From: Camelus ferus
Taxonomy: Eukaryota
NCBI RefSeq assembly: GCF_009834535.1
Contig: NC_045707.1
Location: 63,242,001 to 63,306,000, forward strand
Reading direction: 5' to 3'
DNA length: 64,000 nucleotides
Part shown: positions 53,120 through 64,000 of the stretch, one piece after another
How positions within the stretch are numbered: position 1 is the first letter of the stretch
Layout of the letters: the number at the start of each line of letters is the position of its first letter
Position numbers and translations under genes: made by a program
Notes under the pieces: model-generated
Databases searched by the model: none
Told to the model about the DNA's origin: nothing
The model's input: only the letters and a program-made list of their open reading frames with translations

Positions 53120-53485
53120 TGTCATGGACTATATGTTGGACTTAAAATTCATATGTTGAAATCCCAACCCCTGATGTGATGATATTTGGATGTGGAGCCT
53201 TTGGGAGGTAGTTAGGTTTGGATGAGGTCATGAGGGTGGGGATCTCATGATGGGATTAGTGCCCTTATCAGAACTGACTAGAGAGCTAGCTCGCTCTCTC
53301 CACCATGTGAGGATACAGCAAGAAGGCTGTCATCTGCCAACAAGGAAGAAGGCCCTCACCAGGTACCAACCTGCCAGTACCTTTAGCTTGGACATCCAAA
53401 CCTCCAGAACTGTGAGGAATAACTGTTTATTGTTTAAATCACCAACTCCACAGTATTGTTATGGCAGCCTGAACTGAGTAAGACA
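53120..53485 (+). mobile_element. MLT1A0-type MaLR LTR
   Basis: aaattcatatgttgaaatccc...gcctttgggagg...catgatgggattagtgcccttat...ctccagaactgtgag. Confidence 0.85.
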
Positions 53486-54864
53486 TATCTCAAAGCCTAA
53501 TTGCTACAATGGCTGAGTTCCTAAAAATTGAAAGAAAAAAATCTGAGAGTCATGTCTATAGAACTATATTACATACCACTGTAAGGAAGAAAGAGAATCA
53601 ATGAATGTGTTCTACTTACTACATGTCCAACTCCGTCTTCCTCCAATATTAAGAAAGACAATAGAAATAACTCTTCCTCAGAGGTATTAGCTACATCTAC
53701 TTATAAAATACATAAATTACACATCAATGGTGGTCTCTTTATTCATTAAATTGCTTACAGGCACTAGTTAATGAAAATAAAAAAGATGTATTCTTCCAAT
53801 TCCATACCTCAGTCACCTACACTAACCATATTCTCTTCATTATTGTTTTCTTTAGAAAATGGACAGCATGTACTTAAAAATATAATTTTGGGAGAAATAC
53901 ACTTTTTCAATAGATACAGGGAACTTCTCTCCTCTTGAAAATTTATTCTGCTCTCTGAGAGTTCAAAACACTGAAAATTAGCTTGGAGTACACATCTAGA
54001 AAGAAATGATTAGCTGAGAACTAAAACAAACCTTTAGCTCTGGTAGATTTAACTTGTTTCATTTATACCATACTTCTCAAGTATTTGCCAGTCTAAAAAA
54101 AAGAGTTTATCCCTAGTTTTCTTTAGATTAGGATATTGTATAATGATGCAAATAAGTTAACAGAATCGAAATATAACAATAAAACACACTAAAATTTAGG
54201 AAGACAAATACCAAATATTGGCAATTCTTCCTCTAAATGAGCTCAAACTTTATTTCAAACAGCTCCATATCCACGAAATTTGGGAGTTTTTAAGGTCTTT
54301 TCTTATTTAAATCTTGAGCACTGATTTTGAATTGTGTTCCAATCCTTTCTACCATTTATCTATTTCCTGTTGTTCTGTAGCTCACCACTTCCATAGACTA
54401 GTTCTTTCAAAACATTTTTCAAATATTTTCTTCTGAATATATACCTATAACTTACCAGTCCAGAATTTTCAAGAAGTATGATATTCTGTTTGTTTTTAGA
54501 AACGATTCTTTTAGAACTGTCTTTGTAAACATCAGATTCATCTTTTACTAATGGATATTATTTGTCCACAGTTTTTAAATCCTGTTGATACTACCTTCCA
54601 AACAGCTTTTGAATACTGCCTCATGGCTCTATCCTTACTAGCATCTCGAAACCCAGCCCCTCACCATGTCTCATCTAGATCAAGGTACTAATTGTATAAC
54701 TCTCTCTGCTTCCAATCTTAGTTTCTTCCAATTCATCTTATTAGGAAGGTTTTTAAAAATTTTTGCAAGACAAAAATCTTGTAACATCTTTAATCTTGCT
54801 TAAAACTCACCAGTGTACTCTTTCATCTTTAGAATAAACTTTTAACCCATTAATGTGGTTAATA

Positions 54865-55610
54865 TGGTAGACTGGTTAGGAAATTTTTTTGCAAGTAACA
54901 GAAACAACTTTGAACTTAAGGAAGGACACAGGGTGGCTCACAAAATCAAAGAAAAGACTGATTAAATAGGCTTAGAAAAGGAGGCTCCAGGCTGCAGAAA
55001 CATATGGATGGTCTCTTCAGAACATCAACTATATCAGTCTTCAGGTCACCCAACTCATATTCAAATACCATGAACAGAGCATATGCTTAGCTGGGTTTAA
55101 GGCATCTGGCCATCCCATGATATCTCATAAGACTGTATCCAATGGGAGGTGATAGTTTTCATAGCAGAAATTGCTAATTGTTCACAATATTCTCTCTTTT
55201 CATCACTATGTACATACTACATTATCCTCCCAAACATCATGTGACCATGTGATTAAGTTCTGGCCAACGGAGCATAAGTGGAAGTTGTTGCCTGGGACTT
55301 CTGGGAAGTACCTTTGAAGAGAGGGGGCATGCCTTTTTCTCCCCTTCCTTCCTTCTGCTGGCTGGAATGCTGAAGGAATAGAGGGGTCCAGCAGCCATCT
55401 TGGACATCAAGTGGCTTTGGGGATGGAAGTCATCTCCGGTGGAATAATAGCATAGGATACCAGCTGGGTCCCCAACAACATTAAGCAACAAAGCAACACT
55501 AGATTGACTACCTCTATACCTCTTTTATATGAGAGAGAAATGGTCACATTTCTAGTTTAAGACGCTATTATTTATGGTGTTTCAATTACTTACACCTAAA
55601 CCTAAACTGA
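54865..55610. mobile_element. Old MaLR LTR fragments (MLT1J/K-like), two pieces
   Basis: ttgcaagtaacagaaac (reverse); gaccatgtgattaagttctggccaa...gcagccatcttggac (forward). Confidence 0.65.
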
Positions 55611-56009
55611 ATTCAAGCCATTGTTCATAGCAACTCAATGTGTTAATATTGGAAGAAAGAATAATGGATCCTGGACAGGCATAAAACAGCAGATGCCCAC
55701 TGCACACAGCCATTCATGACTTTCACTCCACTTGCCTTTCCCCTCATTTTATGCAGAGCTCATTTCCATTTAGGATTTCTCAAATATATCAAGCTCTCTT
55801 AGCAAAAAACATGTGGTTGCTTGGATTGCTTTTATCCCCTTCATCTGACTGACTAACTTCTACACACACAAATGTCAAGTCATTAGTCCTCACTTTCTTA
55901 TTGTTTTCTGGGTTCCCATATTCCAAGGGGAGTCTTTTATTCTTCCTTCAAGTTCTCATATGACTCAGCGACTTCACCACTATACTTACCATATTTGCTT
56001 TTAATGACT

Positions 56010-56320
56010 GGTTTTCTTGCAGAGAAAGAAGCTGACTTGCAATGCAGTTGCACCTGAGGCTTCAGCCCATCCTACGGGGAGCTCTGGGGCTGGGGCTGCT
56101 CTTCAGAGTTGTCACAAATTGAGATGATGGGCAAACCCTGGTATTTTTACATGAGCCAATTATTTAATGTGCCCCTACCGCCACTCTGCCTCACCTCCCT
56201 GGGAGATAAACTTCAGTGAGACAGATACCTGTGGCCAAGGGCAATTCCCAGTGGGGGATTCAACTATGATCCTTCAGCAGCAAATATCCTCAGTAGCTGG
56301 GGGACGGGTGAACACCACAG
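56010..56320 (-). mobile_element. Old ERVL LTR fragment
   Basis: Shares gatccta.gggagctct.g..cccttcagagttg-type motifs with 25400-25430. Confidence 0.5.
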
Positions 56321-57194
56321 TATCTTCTATAGTCAGAGACTGGGTGTTTCCATTTGTAAATAGGCAATACCTGAAATAATGAAACAATTATTTCATTCTG
56401 GATGGATGGATTGATGGACAACCAAGCCAATAAATGATGATGTCTGTTTTCAGGCAGAGAGGATAAAATCAATAAGGAAGAAATAGAAAATGCTTGTGAA
56501 GATGATAATTATGGAAACAAAGTCCTGCTAGAGAAAGGATGACAGAGCTGGAGTACCGTATCAGCTCTAGGCTGGCATTCCTTAAGGATCAGGTAAATGA
56601 GATCCCCAAAGAGGTTAAATGGCCTTATCAAGGAACACCGCCAGTATGAAAAATAACACAGAGTAGGAGTGAGAGTTTAGGCATATGTAGAGCAGGACAG
56701 TCTTGAAGAATAGGAATAATACTTCATTTGTTAAGATAACAATCAAAGAAGCCAGTATCGATTTAAAAAGGAAAAAATAATGAGGTGAAAGGGAAAAGGA
56801 GAGAATTTGAAGGTATAACTTTAATATTTTCTGCAAAATAGGAGGTAAAAATAATTAGTGGAAATTGAATCAAAGTGTGTTTAGAGCAGCAGAAGGGTGA
56901 AATTTTATATAAATGTTATAGAGCTGTGCCAAGAAATTAAGAGCTATGAAGTAGGTGGTACTTTAGATAGGGGGTCATCCAACTATGCTGGAAGTTCAGA
57001 TAGAGTGAGGTGATAATTATTTGTCATATACCAGGTTGCAATGTTTAATGCTTAAAAAAGAAAAGTTATTTCTTGAATTTTCATTTTTAAAATATTCTAC
57101 TGAAAACAGATAGACTGAATTTGTTTAATTTAATATGATCTTTTCTCCTATGCAAGGCCAATTTCTTTGTCACCTAATGCCATAGTATGCCTTA

Positions 57195-57610
57195 GCATTC
57201 ACTCCTGGTGTTGAATATTCTACGGACTTTGACAAATGTATAATGACATACATCCATCATTATATCATACTGCCTTAAAAATCCTCTGTGCTCTGCCTGT
57301 TCATCTCTCTCCACTATCCACCCCAAATCCCTAGCAACCACTGATCATTTTATTGCCTTTAAGTTTTTTTTTTCTTCCCCAAAATGTTATATAGTTGGAA
57401 TCACACAGTATGTAGCCTTTTCAGATTGGCTTTTTCGCTTAGTAACATCCATTTAAGGTTCCTCCACGTCTTTTCATGGCTAGATAGATCATTTCCTTTT
57501 AGCGCTGAATAATATTCCATTGTCTGGTGATACTAAAATTTATTTATCCATTTACCAACGGAAGGATATCTTAGTTGTTCCTGAGTTTTGGCCATTATGA
57601 GTAAGGCTAA
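57195..57610 (-). mobile_element. L1MB/MC 3' region
   Basis: atagttggaatcacacagtatgtagccttttcagattggctt. Confidence 0.8.
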
Positions 57611-57829
57611 CTTTAAAAGAGAAAAAGTTTAAAGGCTTTTTCCTCTTTCAAAGACTCAAACTATGTTGATTGTTAAATCTCGGAATTCTTGGAGAAAAAA
57701 AATGTCTATCGCTCTTCTCCTTTGTTAGTAGCTCTTTCTAAAGAGATGCTGTAGGTTCAAAAAGTTCGTTTAGAATAGGTCTTCCTCATCGGATGTACCT
57801 TATATCACCATAAGCAGCAGCATCTCATC

Positions 57830-58040
57830 TTCCTCTGCTACGTGATATATTTACGGCACATCACTGTTTGTCAAGGGCTTTCCATACATCAACCACTCAA
57901 TCCTCCTTAAAGATTTGTGAAGTAGAAGAAATTTAATCCTCAGTGTGAACAGGTGGCTTGGGCAAAGTCATATAACAAGCAGCAGGTAGATCCAAAGCTG
58001 GAACCCATACTCTCCATCTCCTCCTGGTGCTTTTTGTCAC
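57830..58040 (-). mobile_element. MIR SINE
   Basis: actcaatcctc...ggcttgggcaaagtcatat...ggaacccat. Confidence 0.55.
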
Positions 58041-59456
58041 CCTCACACATTGATTCTCAATTATGTCCATGTCTCTGCTTTTGATAATTCCAAATTCTGA
58101 CGTTCTGTTTAGCTACTAGGCATCTGTTTCGTCATTGTCCTTGAATTACTTAAAATCTACCAGGCAAGTGATAGAGGTAGGAGACACCCGATCGAAGAAG
58201 CCACAATCTATCTACAAAATCAACCACCCTCTTTGGCATAACTGCCGAGAAGACACTCAGTCATCACCACCGCCCTTAGTTAGAAAACAACAGGATTTTT
58301 GCCTGAGGTGAGATGGGAGAACAAAGCCCCAAACTGGCAATAAAAAAAGCTTCAGAGGAGAGCGCTGGCATCAGTCTGATAAATTAGCGGAGCCAAGAAG
58401 AAGAAAACGCATTCCTTTCCAACACTCTGTGTGAAAACACAAGTAGGCTCAGTGACACTCGTTCAAAAAGTCATCTGAAACATATTTTTAAGTTCCGATT
58501 AGCAGAAAACTCCTGCAAATCCAAAATTTCCACAAGTCAATTTCTTTCTGGGATCTGTTGGAGGATTTATTTGATTCTGTTGATATCTTTTCACAGATCT
58601 CCAGTTCCTACCTAACGGAGCTGTTGGTATCATGCTTAACCATTGCCAGGTGCACGCAGCAGGAAACTGGTGTATTTAACCACCCTACTGCATTTAGACG
58701 TTTGCACTGGGCTGACAATTAAAACAGAATAATAATCGTCCCACTGCACCTCTCAGCTACGCATATTAGGAACAGCCTGTAAACCCCGGGAGGAGGCAGG
58801 GAATCTAAACCAGCCAAAGACCGTAAGCAGGAACTCTTCTGACTCCAGCAGTTTAGGAATAATGCAGATAAATCACAGAGCAAGCAAAGGGGAATAGAAT
58901 GCATTTCTGGCTTGGCTCAGAGGAAAAGACATATGAGACAAACTCGGGGAAACTAAATTTATACAGTCTAGAGAATGAGCTTCAAGGAGGGAACCTGATC
59001 ATAATCTATAAATACCACCAAGGTAACACCATAAATAATTAAGGAGAAGAACCTTTCGTTGTCTCTGAAGGAGGTCTAAAAATGAAGTTGTAGATTTACG
59101 TCTCCCTTCCTTTCCCCTTGGCATCAAAACACGTTTTATTAAGAGTCCTTTGCTCTTGCCTGGGCTATACTGGGCAGAGCTCTGGACAGGCGGGTGCCTG
59201 TAGCCAGCCTGCCCTGCATGAGAAATACAACTAACTCTCTCTCCGTCCAGCCAAGAAGCTCAGCCTCCCCACCCTCCCTCAAAAAAGCCACTTCAGGAGC
59301 AGAGGATAGGACCTCTCCCAGCACACGCCTCTGCCACTCCAGGGAGTCAGAGCTTCCAGACTTCTCTAAAACCCAAGCAGAGAACAGGGCTACATGTATT
59401 TTAAATATTCATTGTTGCATCTACTTGCTCAAAAGAGTATTTAACATGTTCTAGGT

Positions 59457-59621
59457 CAGTGCTTCTCCATCTAAGGGCACACAAAATCGCCCAGTGGTTT
59501 CCTTAAATGCAGCTGCTGATTTAGTAGTCTGGCGGGTGGAGCCTGAGATTCTGCATTTCTAACACGCTTAAAGGTAATGTGGATACTGCTGGTCCACGGA
59601 CCACACTTTGAGTAGCAAGGG
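59457..59621. mobile_element. MER5A1-type hAT-Charlie element
   Basis: gcctgagattctgcatttctaaca...ctgctggtccacggaccacactttgagtagcaagg. Confidence 0.85.
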
Positions 59622-61558
59622 GCTAGGAGGTCAGAGTCCCTTGCTGTAGACAGACACAGAGAGACAACTAACATACGATACAGCAACATGCAATAGGCAC
59701 CTAATCCAGCCTGAGAGGCAGAGAGAGCAAGCTTCCTGGGGAGGGCAATCCTTGAGCTGCGTCTACGAGATATTAGTGCAATTAAATACCAGGAAGGAGC
59801 ACTCAGGAAATCCTCATGGTATTTTCATTCATAGATAATTAACAGGAATAATTTGAGGATTAGGAGAGATTCTATTGGCTGCTGATTTTCTTGGATTGGT
59901 CTGTAAGATTTTACAGTGTTTTAACCTAAGACACTGTGGAGTAGAAATAGCACAAACTTTTGAGTCAAACAGCCTCTCTGAATTTCAGTTTTCCAATATA
60001 AAACACCTAGACTAAAACCTGCCTCCGGGCTTGTAGAAGAGATAACAGAAGTAAGTTCTTAACAAATGTTAAAACTCCTTTCCACTTTTACTGACACCTG
60101 AAATAAACTGCATTTCCTGAGTCACTGTAAATGCTTTTCCCCGCCTCTGTCCTGTACAACTCCTTCCATTCCTGACCATTCTAAATGTGCTTATGTCTAA
60201 GGAAAATCACACCAAATTTACAAATTCTACTCCCTTTTTAATGTGCTAAGTGTATTATCCCCCTTGCTCACTCAGCATTTTTAAAATAATTGCTCATGAA
60301 TCTATCCTTCAACAGAAATAAAGATACGGCAAGCGTACACCCTGGGTTTCTCAAGGCAGCTCTGATTTCAGTATTCTGCCCACTCCTCGAACAACTGACT
60401 CCAATTTTTGGCTTAAAAATACGGTCATCAGAGATGTACAACAGAATAATCTGAACTGCTGCCACAATTTCTGGCAAACGTTTTCCTAAATTTTTTTTTT
60501 TATTTAATAAGCTCAGTTTGATAAATGTCTATTTTTAAATGCCTACCTGTGAGACTCTATGGGGCCAGTCTACAGGATTTATGACCCTGTCCCTGTCCTC
60601 CGGTTGTCCATTCTCTGGTGGTTGGTTATGTGTGTGCTGGGCAGTGGATGGCAGGAGGTGGGAAAAAGTCTCCACCAGAGAAGCTCACCCCAGTGCAGTC
60701 TGGTGATTGGTGCCAAGTCACTTGACTGTTTTAATGCCTGTCTTCTTTATCTCTCTGGCCCCCATAAAAAGACTGAAAGAATAGATGCCTAAATGCCAAA
60801 GTCGTCTCTAATATCATATATGTGTGCCCTGTGGTTCATTTGAACTTAGCATCTGTAGCTCAAAGGCTGTCTTCCTAACATAGACACAAATTGGAATATA
60901 CAGGCTATTCAGGAGTGAGAGGGTCTCCTCCCCGAAATCTCCTGACAGAATATGGAATTTGCCCCCAAGAGAGCATCAAGAATACACTTTGTGGTTGGCC
61001 AGCTCCTAACGAATGTGGAATCCCAATAAACTAGAATTCCAGAGGGAGTAGATATGGAAAACACACTGTTCTTGTCCCTCTTCTATCATGAAGAATAGCA
61101 TTGAGTCTTATAGGTATTCTTTAAATCATTTTTACTTAAGAAATTTTGGGGCAAGAAAGGGAAAAGATCTACAAAAGAGCCAAGTGTTGACTATGGCAAT
61201 TATGATGATGAACGATTTGCTGAACCATTTATCACACAGGGATTTGTGCTCTCTGTGAGCACTATAATGTTATTACTGTACACCATGCCCCTTGAAATAC
61301 AATTCTAGCAGTGGAAGCCACTGCTTCTCTACTCTCTACATTTTTAGAAAAGTTATAAGAAGAGAGAGTAATTAGGAAAGTCATTCAGGGGACTCTCAAT
61401 AAACCTAAAAGTATACCCATTCCACTACCGATAGAAAAATCAAAGCTTGATTTTAATCCCCAAATAGCTGGACCATAAAACATCACTTCTTTCCATGCAC
61501 TGTTGCTTAGACTTGAATTATACAGTTCAATAATGCTTTTTAAAAAAAAATGTTCCTT

Positions 61559-61759
61559 TTGTGTATATTTCCCTGTGCTATACAGTATAATCTTGTTTAT
61601 ACACAAAACGTTATGGTAGCTCACAGAGAAAAAACTGTGACAATGAGTGTGTATATGTCCATGTATGACTGAAAAATTGTGCTGAACACTGGAATTTGAC
61701 ACAACATTATAAAATGATTATAAATCAATAAAAAATGTTAAAAAAACAAACAAACAAAC
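61559..61759 (+). mobile_element. Young L1 3'UTR with a 5' inversion
   Basis: 61559-61600 is the reverse complement of L1 sequence like 39732-39772, and the remainder is forward. 12-bp TSD aaaatgttcctt at 61547-61558 and 61760-61771. Confidence 0.9.
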
Positions 61760-62784
61760 AAAATGTTCCTTGAGTAACAAAATTTCCAATAGGAAGTCTG
61801 TCTACCCATAGGAAAAAAGGAAATATGCAGATATCCAAAGTTCAAGGTAACACTTCACCTCAACCCCAAACCCAAATCACTGACTCAGTTTGGTGGTGTT
61901 GATGTTTTGGCCCCATTTCTATTTTCGGAAGTGTATTTCTGTCTTCAGGCTACATAGGTAAGAGGATCAAACCAGATTTACTAATGGCACAGACTTGCAT
62001 TCTGAACTAATATACATCTAATCATTGAGGTTTGTAAATTTCCACCTAGTGGGTCCCTTCAGCCCATGTCCATCCACTTCTAATGCAGAGAACAAGAAAT
62101 CTTCAGTAATGCAGAGCCATTTTAATCCCATTACTGTCACAAATTCTTCATAGTATCTCCCTAAACCACCTTCTTTTCTAAAACCTGACCTCAATTATCT
62201 TCACCTGGATTACCACTCTGTCTGATTTCAAATCCCTAATTTTTAACGTTTCTGTAGTTAGACAACCTTCAAATGTACTAAAAACAGCTTCCTTTACAGT
62301 TTTTTATCCTGGCCTTAGATCTCATCGTAAGACATTGATACACATCAGTAAATACTCAGAAACAATCCATATTTTCTGATTTAACTTTTATTAGTTTCTA
62401 CATCATTTGAACAATCCATCCCTCCCTGGGCATCGCCAAAGTGCGTGGCCCTGAGTTAGGAGCTAAAGAAGAGATAAAAAGGTAGTGACCATCCTCCCAT
62501 GACTAGAGACATTTAATCAAGCACCTAACAACCATTAGTCAAGGATTTACTTTCCTTCACATTTTCTTATGTTCCTATTTACTTTGATCATTCCAGGAAA
62601 TGCATTTATCTTCTCCTAAATCAGACTACCCTTCACAGACAGTAATTTCAGTGAATGAGAAGAAAAAGTCTAAGTGTTAAAAGCTGAACTGTCTAGTGTT
62701 TCTCAAATGTTAATGTCCATGTAAGCTGCCTGAAAGCTTGGTCCTTTTGTTTGGGTTTTATTGGGGGGGGGGTGTTTTTATACT

Positions 62785-62950
62785 ATTTCTTTTTTACTGA
62801 AGCATATTTGACACACAATATTATATTAGTTTCATGTGGACAACACAGTGATTTGACATTTATGTACACTGTGAAATGATCGCCACAATTAGTTTAATCA
62901 CCCTGTCACCATGCAAAGTTAGTACAATATTATTGACTTTATTCCCCACG
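62785..62950 (-). mobile_element. L1MA-type 3' end
   Basis: tttactgaagcatatttgacacacaatattatattagtttca...tgtgaaatgatc. Confidence 0.75.
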
Positions 62951-62969
62951 TTTGGAAGTCTTGTTTAAG

Positions 62970-63065
62970 TGTAGAGTCTGACTCAGTGCATCTAGGCTGG
63001 GCCTGAGAATATGCATTTCCAACGAGCTCCCTGATGATGCCTGAGGCTGATGCTGCTAGAACACC
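62970..63065. mobile_element. MER5 fragment
   Basis: tctgactcagt...gggcctgagaatatgcatttc.aac.agctcc. Confidence 0.65.
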
Positions 63066-63834
63066 GAGAGCAAGGTGGTACCCTGGAAGGTCTGTGAGAG
63101 CAGGATCCTACCTGACTTTCACACCTCGCTCTAGACCAGTGCCTGGCCCACTGCCTCGCATGTTGTAAATGCTCCATTGCTATCTCTGCAGTGAATAATT
63201 AGTTGTGGAAGAGACATAATTAAAGAAGAAGAACCTAGGAAAGGAGTGTATTCATCTCAACTCAATTTTTCTCTTGGACAGAGTTGGGTAAATCTTTTTT
63301 AAACCCGACTTCACAATCTGGCCATCAAACTCACCCATCCTGACTTACGGTCCCTCTCCCTCTGCTTTTCCCCACACATCTTCCCCTGAGAATGGACCAG
63401 TTCCCTCCACTGCGTGTACGTAAATCCATGCCCATCATAAAGCGTGCCCCTAACCTGCTCCTCTTCATGGCAGCCTAGACCCAAGGCCACCAGCCTCTTC
63501 AGCTCAAGCCCCACTTCTCACACCAAGTTCTGCCCAGCTTCCTCGGCCGCCCTCCCAGGAACTCTGCACCTCACAGATCTTCTCAGACGTTGGACGTAAA
63601 GCAAAATGATGTACAAGCAGCTCCCTAGCAGAGATAATTAGTCACTTTGACGGCAAAGTGGTGAAATAGCCTTTTGTCGGAGTAAAATTCACTGAGAGCG
63701 CCAGCTGTCCTGCGTCTGCATGGTCACTGCCAAGTAAATGAATATTCATCACATTCTGTTCTTTACTTGGGACACCAGGTCAAGTGAAACATTTGAGTCA
63801 AGCTATATGTAAAGACAAGACACCAGGATGTGCT

Positions 63835-63975
63835 GGGGAACAGTGGTCAGAGCATGGGTTTCGGAGCCCAACACCTGGGTTTAAATCCTGGCTCCAGCAC
63901 TGTTACATCCATGGCTTTGGCCAAGTCCTCTGGCTGGTGGGAGCCCAAAGCTCTGCATTAAAAGGGGAAACTGAC
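63835..63975 (+). mobile_element. MIR SINE
   Basis: cagtggtcagagcatggg...cctgggtttaaatcctggctcca. Confidence 0.7.
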
Positions 63976-64000
63976 ACCCAACACATTTTGTAAAGATTAA

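Larger units (their letters stand above)
1..64000 (-). other. TRHDE: TRHDE gene body: two very long introns flanking the single exon
   Basis: The exon is internal, and no other M1-peptidase-like ORF is visible in the window. TRHDE is known to have very long 5' introns. Confidence 0.8.

Noticed and set aside
1..64000. CRISPR arrays, operons, or prokaryotic defence and mobile systems
   Set aside because: The sequence is mammalian intron, with no repeat-spacer array and no gene-dense region.

Overview
This is mammalian genomic DNA, not prokaryotic. It is very probably a camelid (camel, alpaca or llama), judged from three Vic-1-like tRNA-derived SINEs and young artiodactyl-type L1 3' ends. The whole window lies inside the large TRHDE gene (thyrotropin-releasing hormone-degrading ectoenzyme, an M1 aminopeptidase) on the minus strand. 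I can support only one coding exon: 23571-23697, 127 nt, with canonical AG/GT ends. The rest is intron full of L2, MIR, L1, MaLR/ERV LTR and hAT/Tigger relics plus simple repeats, and the other ORFs in the track look spurious. The most unusual structure is a gap-free 435-bp inverted repeat (5398-5832 / 7646-8080) made of ancient L2 sequence. Its outer half is almost identical (1 mismatch in 215 bp) while its inner half is about 10% diverged. The 1.8-kb spacer holds a well-formed candidate 23-nt frameshifting microexon in TRHDE sense orientation. Also notable are an ~850-bp G/A tract, a compound (CAT)n repeat, and several atypical L1 insertions. Repeat family names are from recalled consensus sequences, and boundaries are approximate unless TSDs are given.
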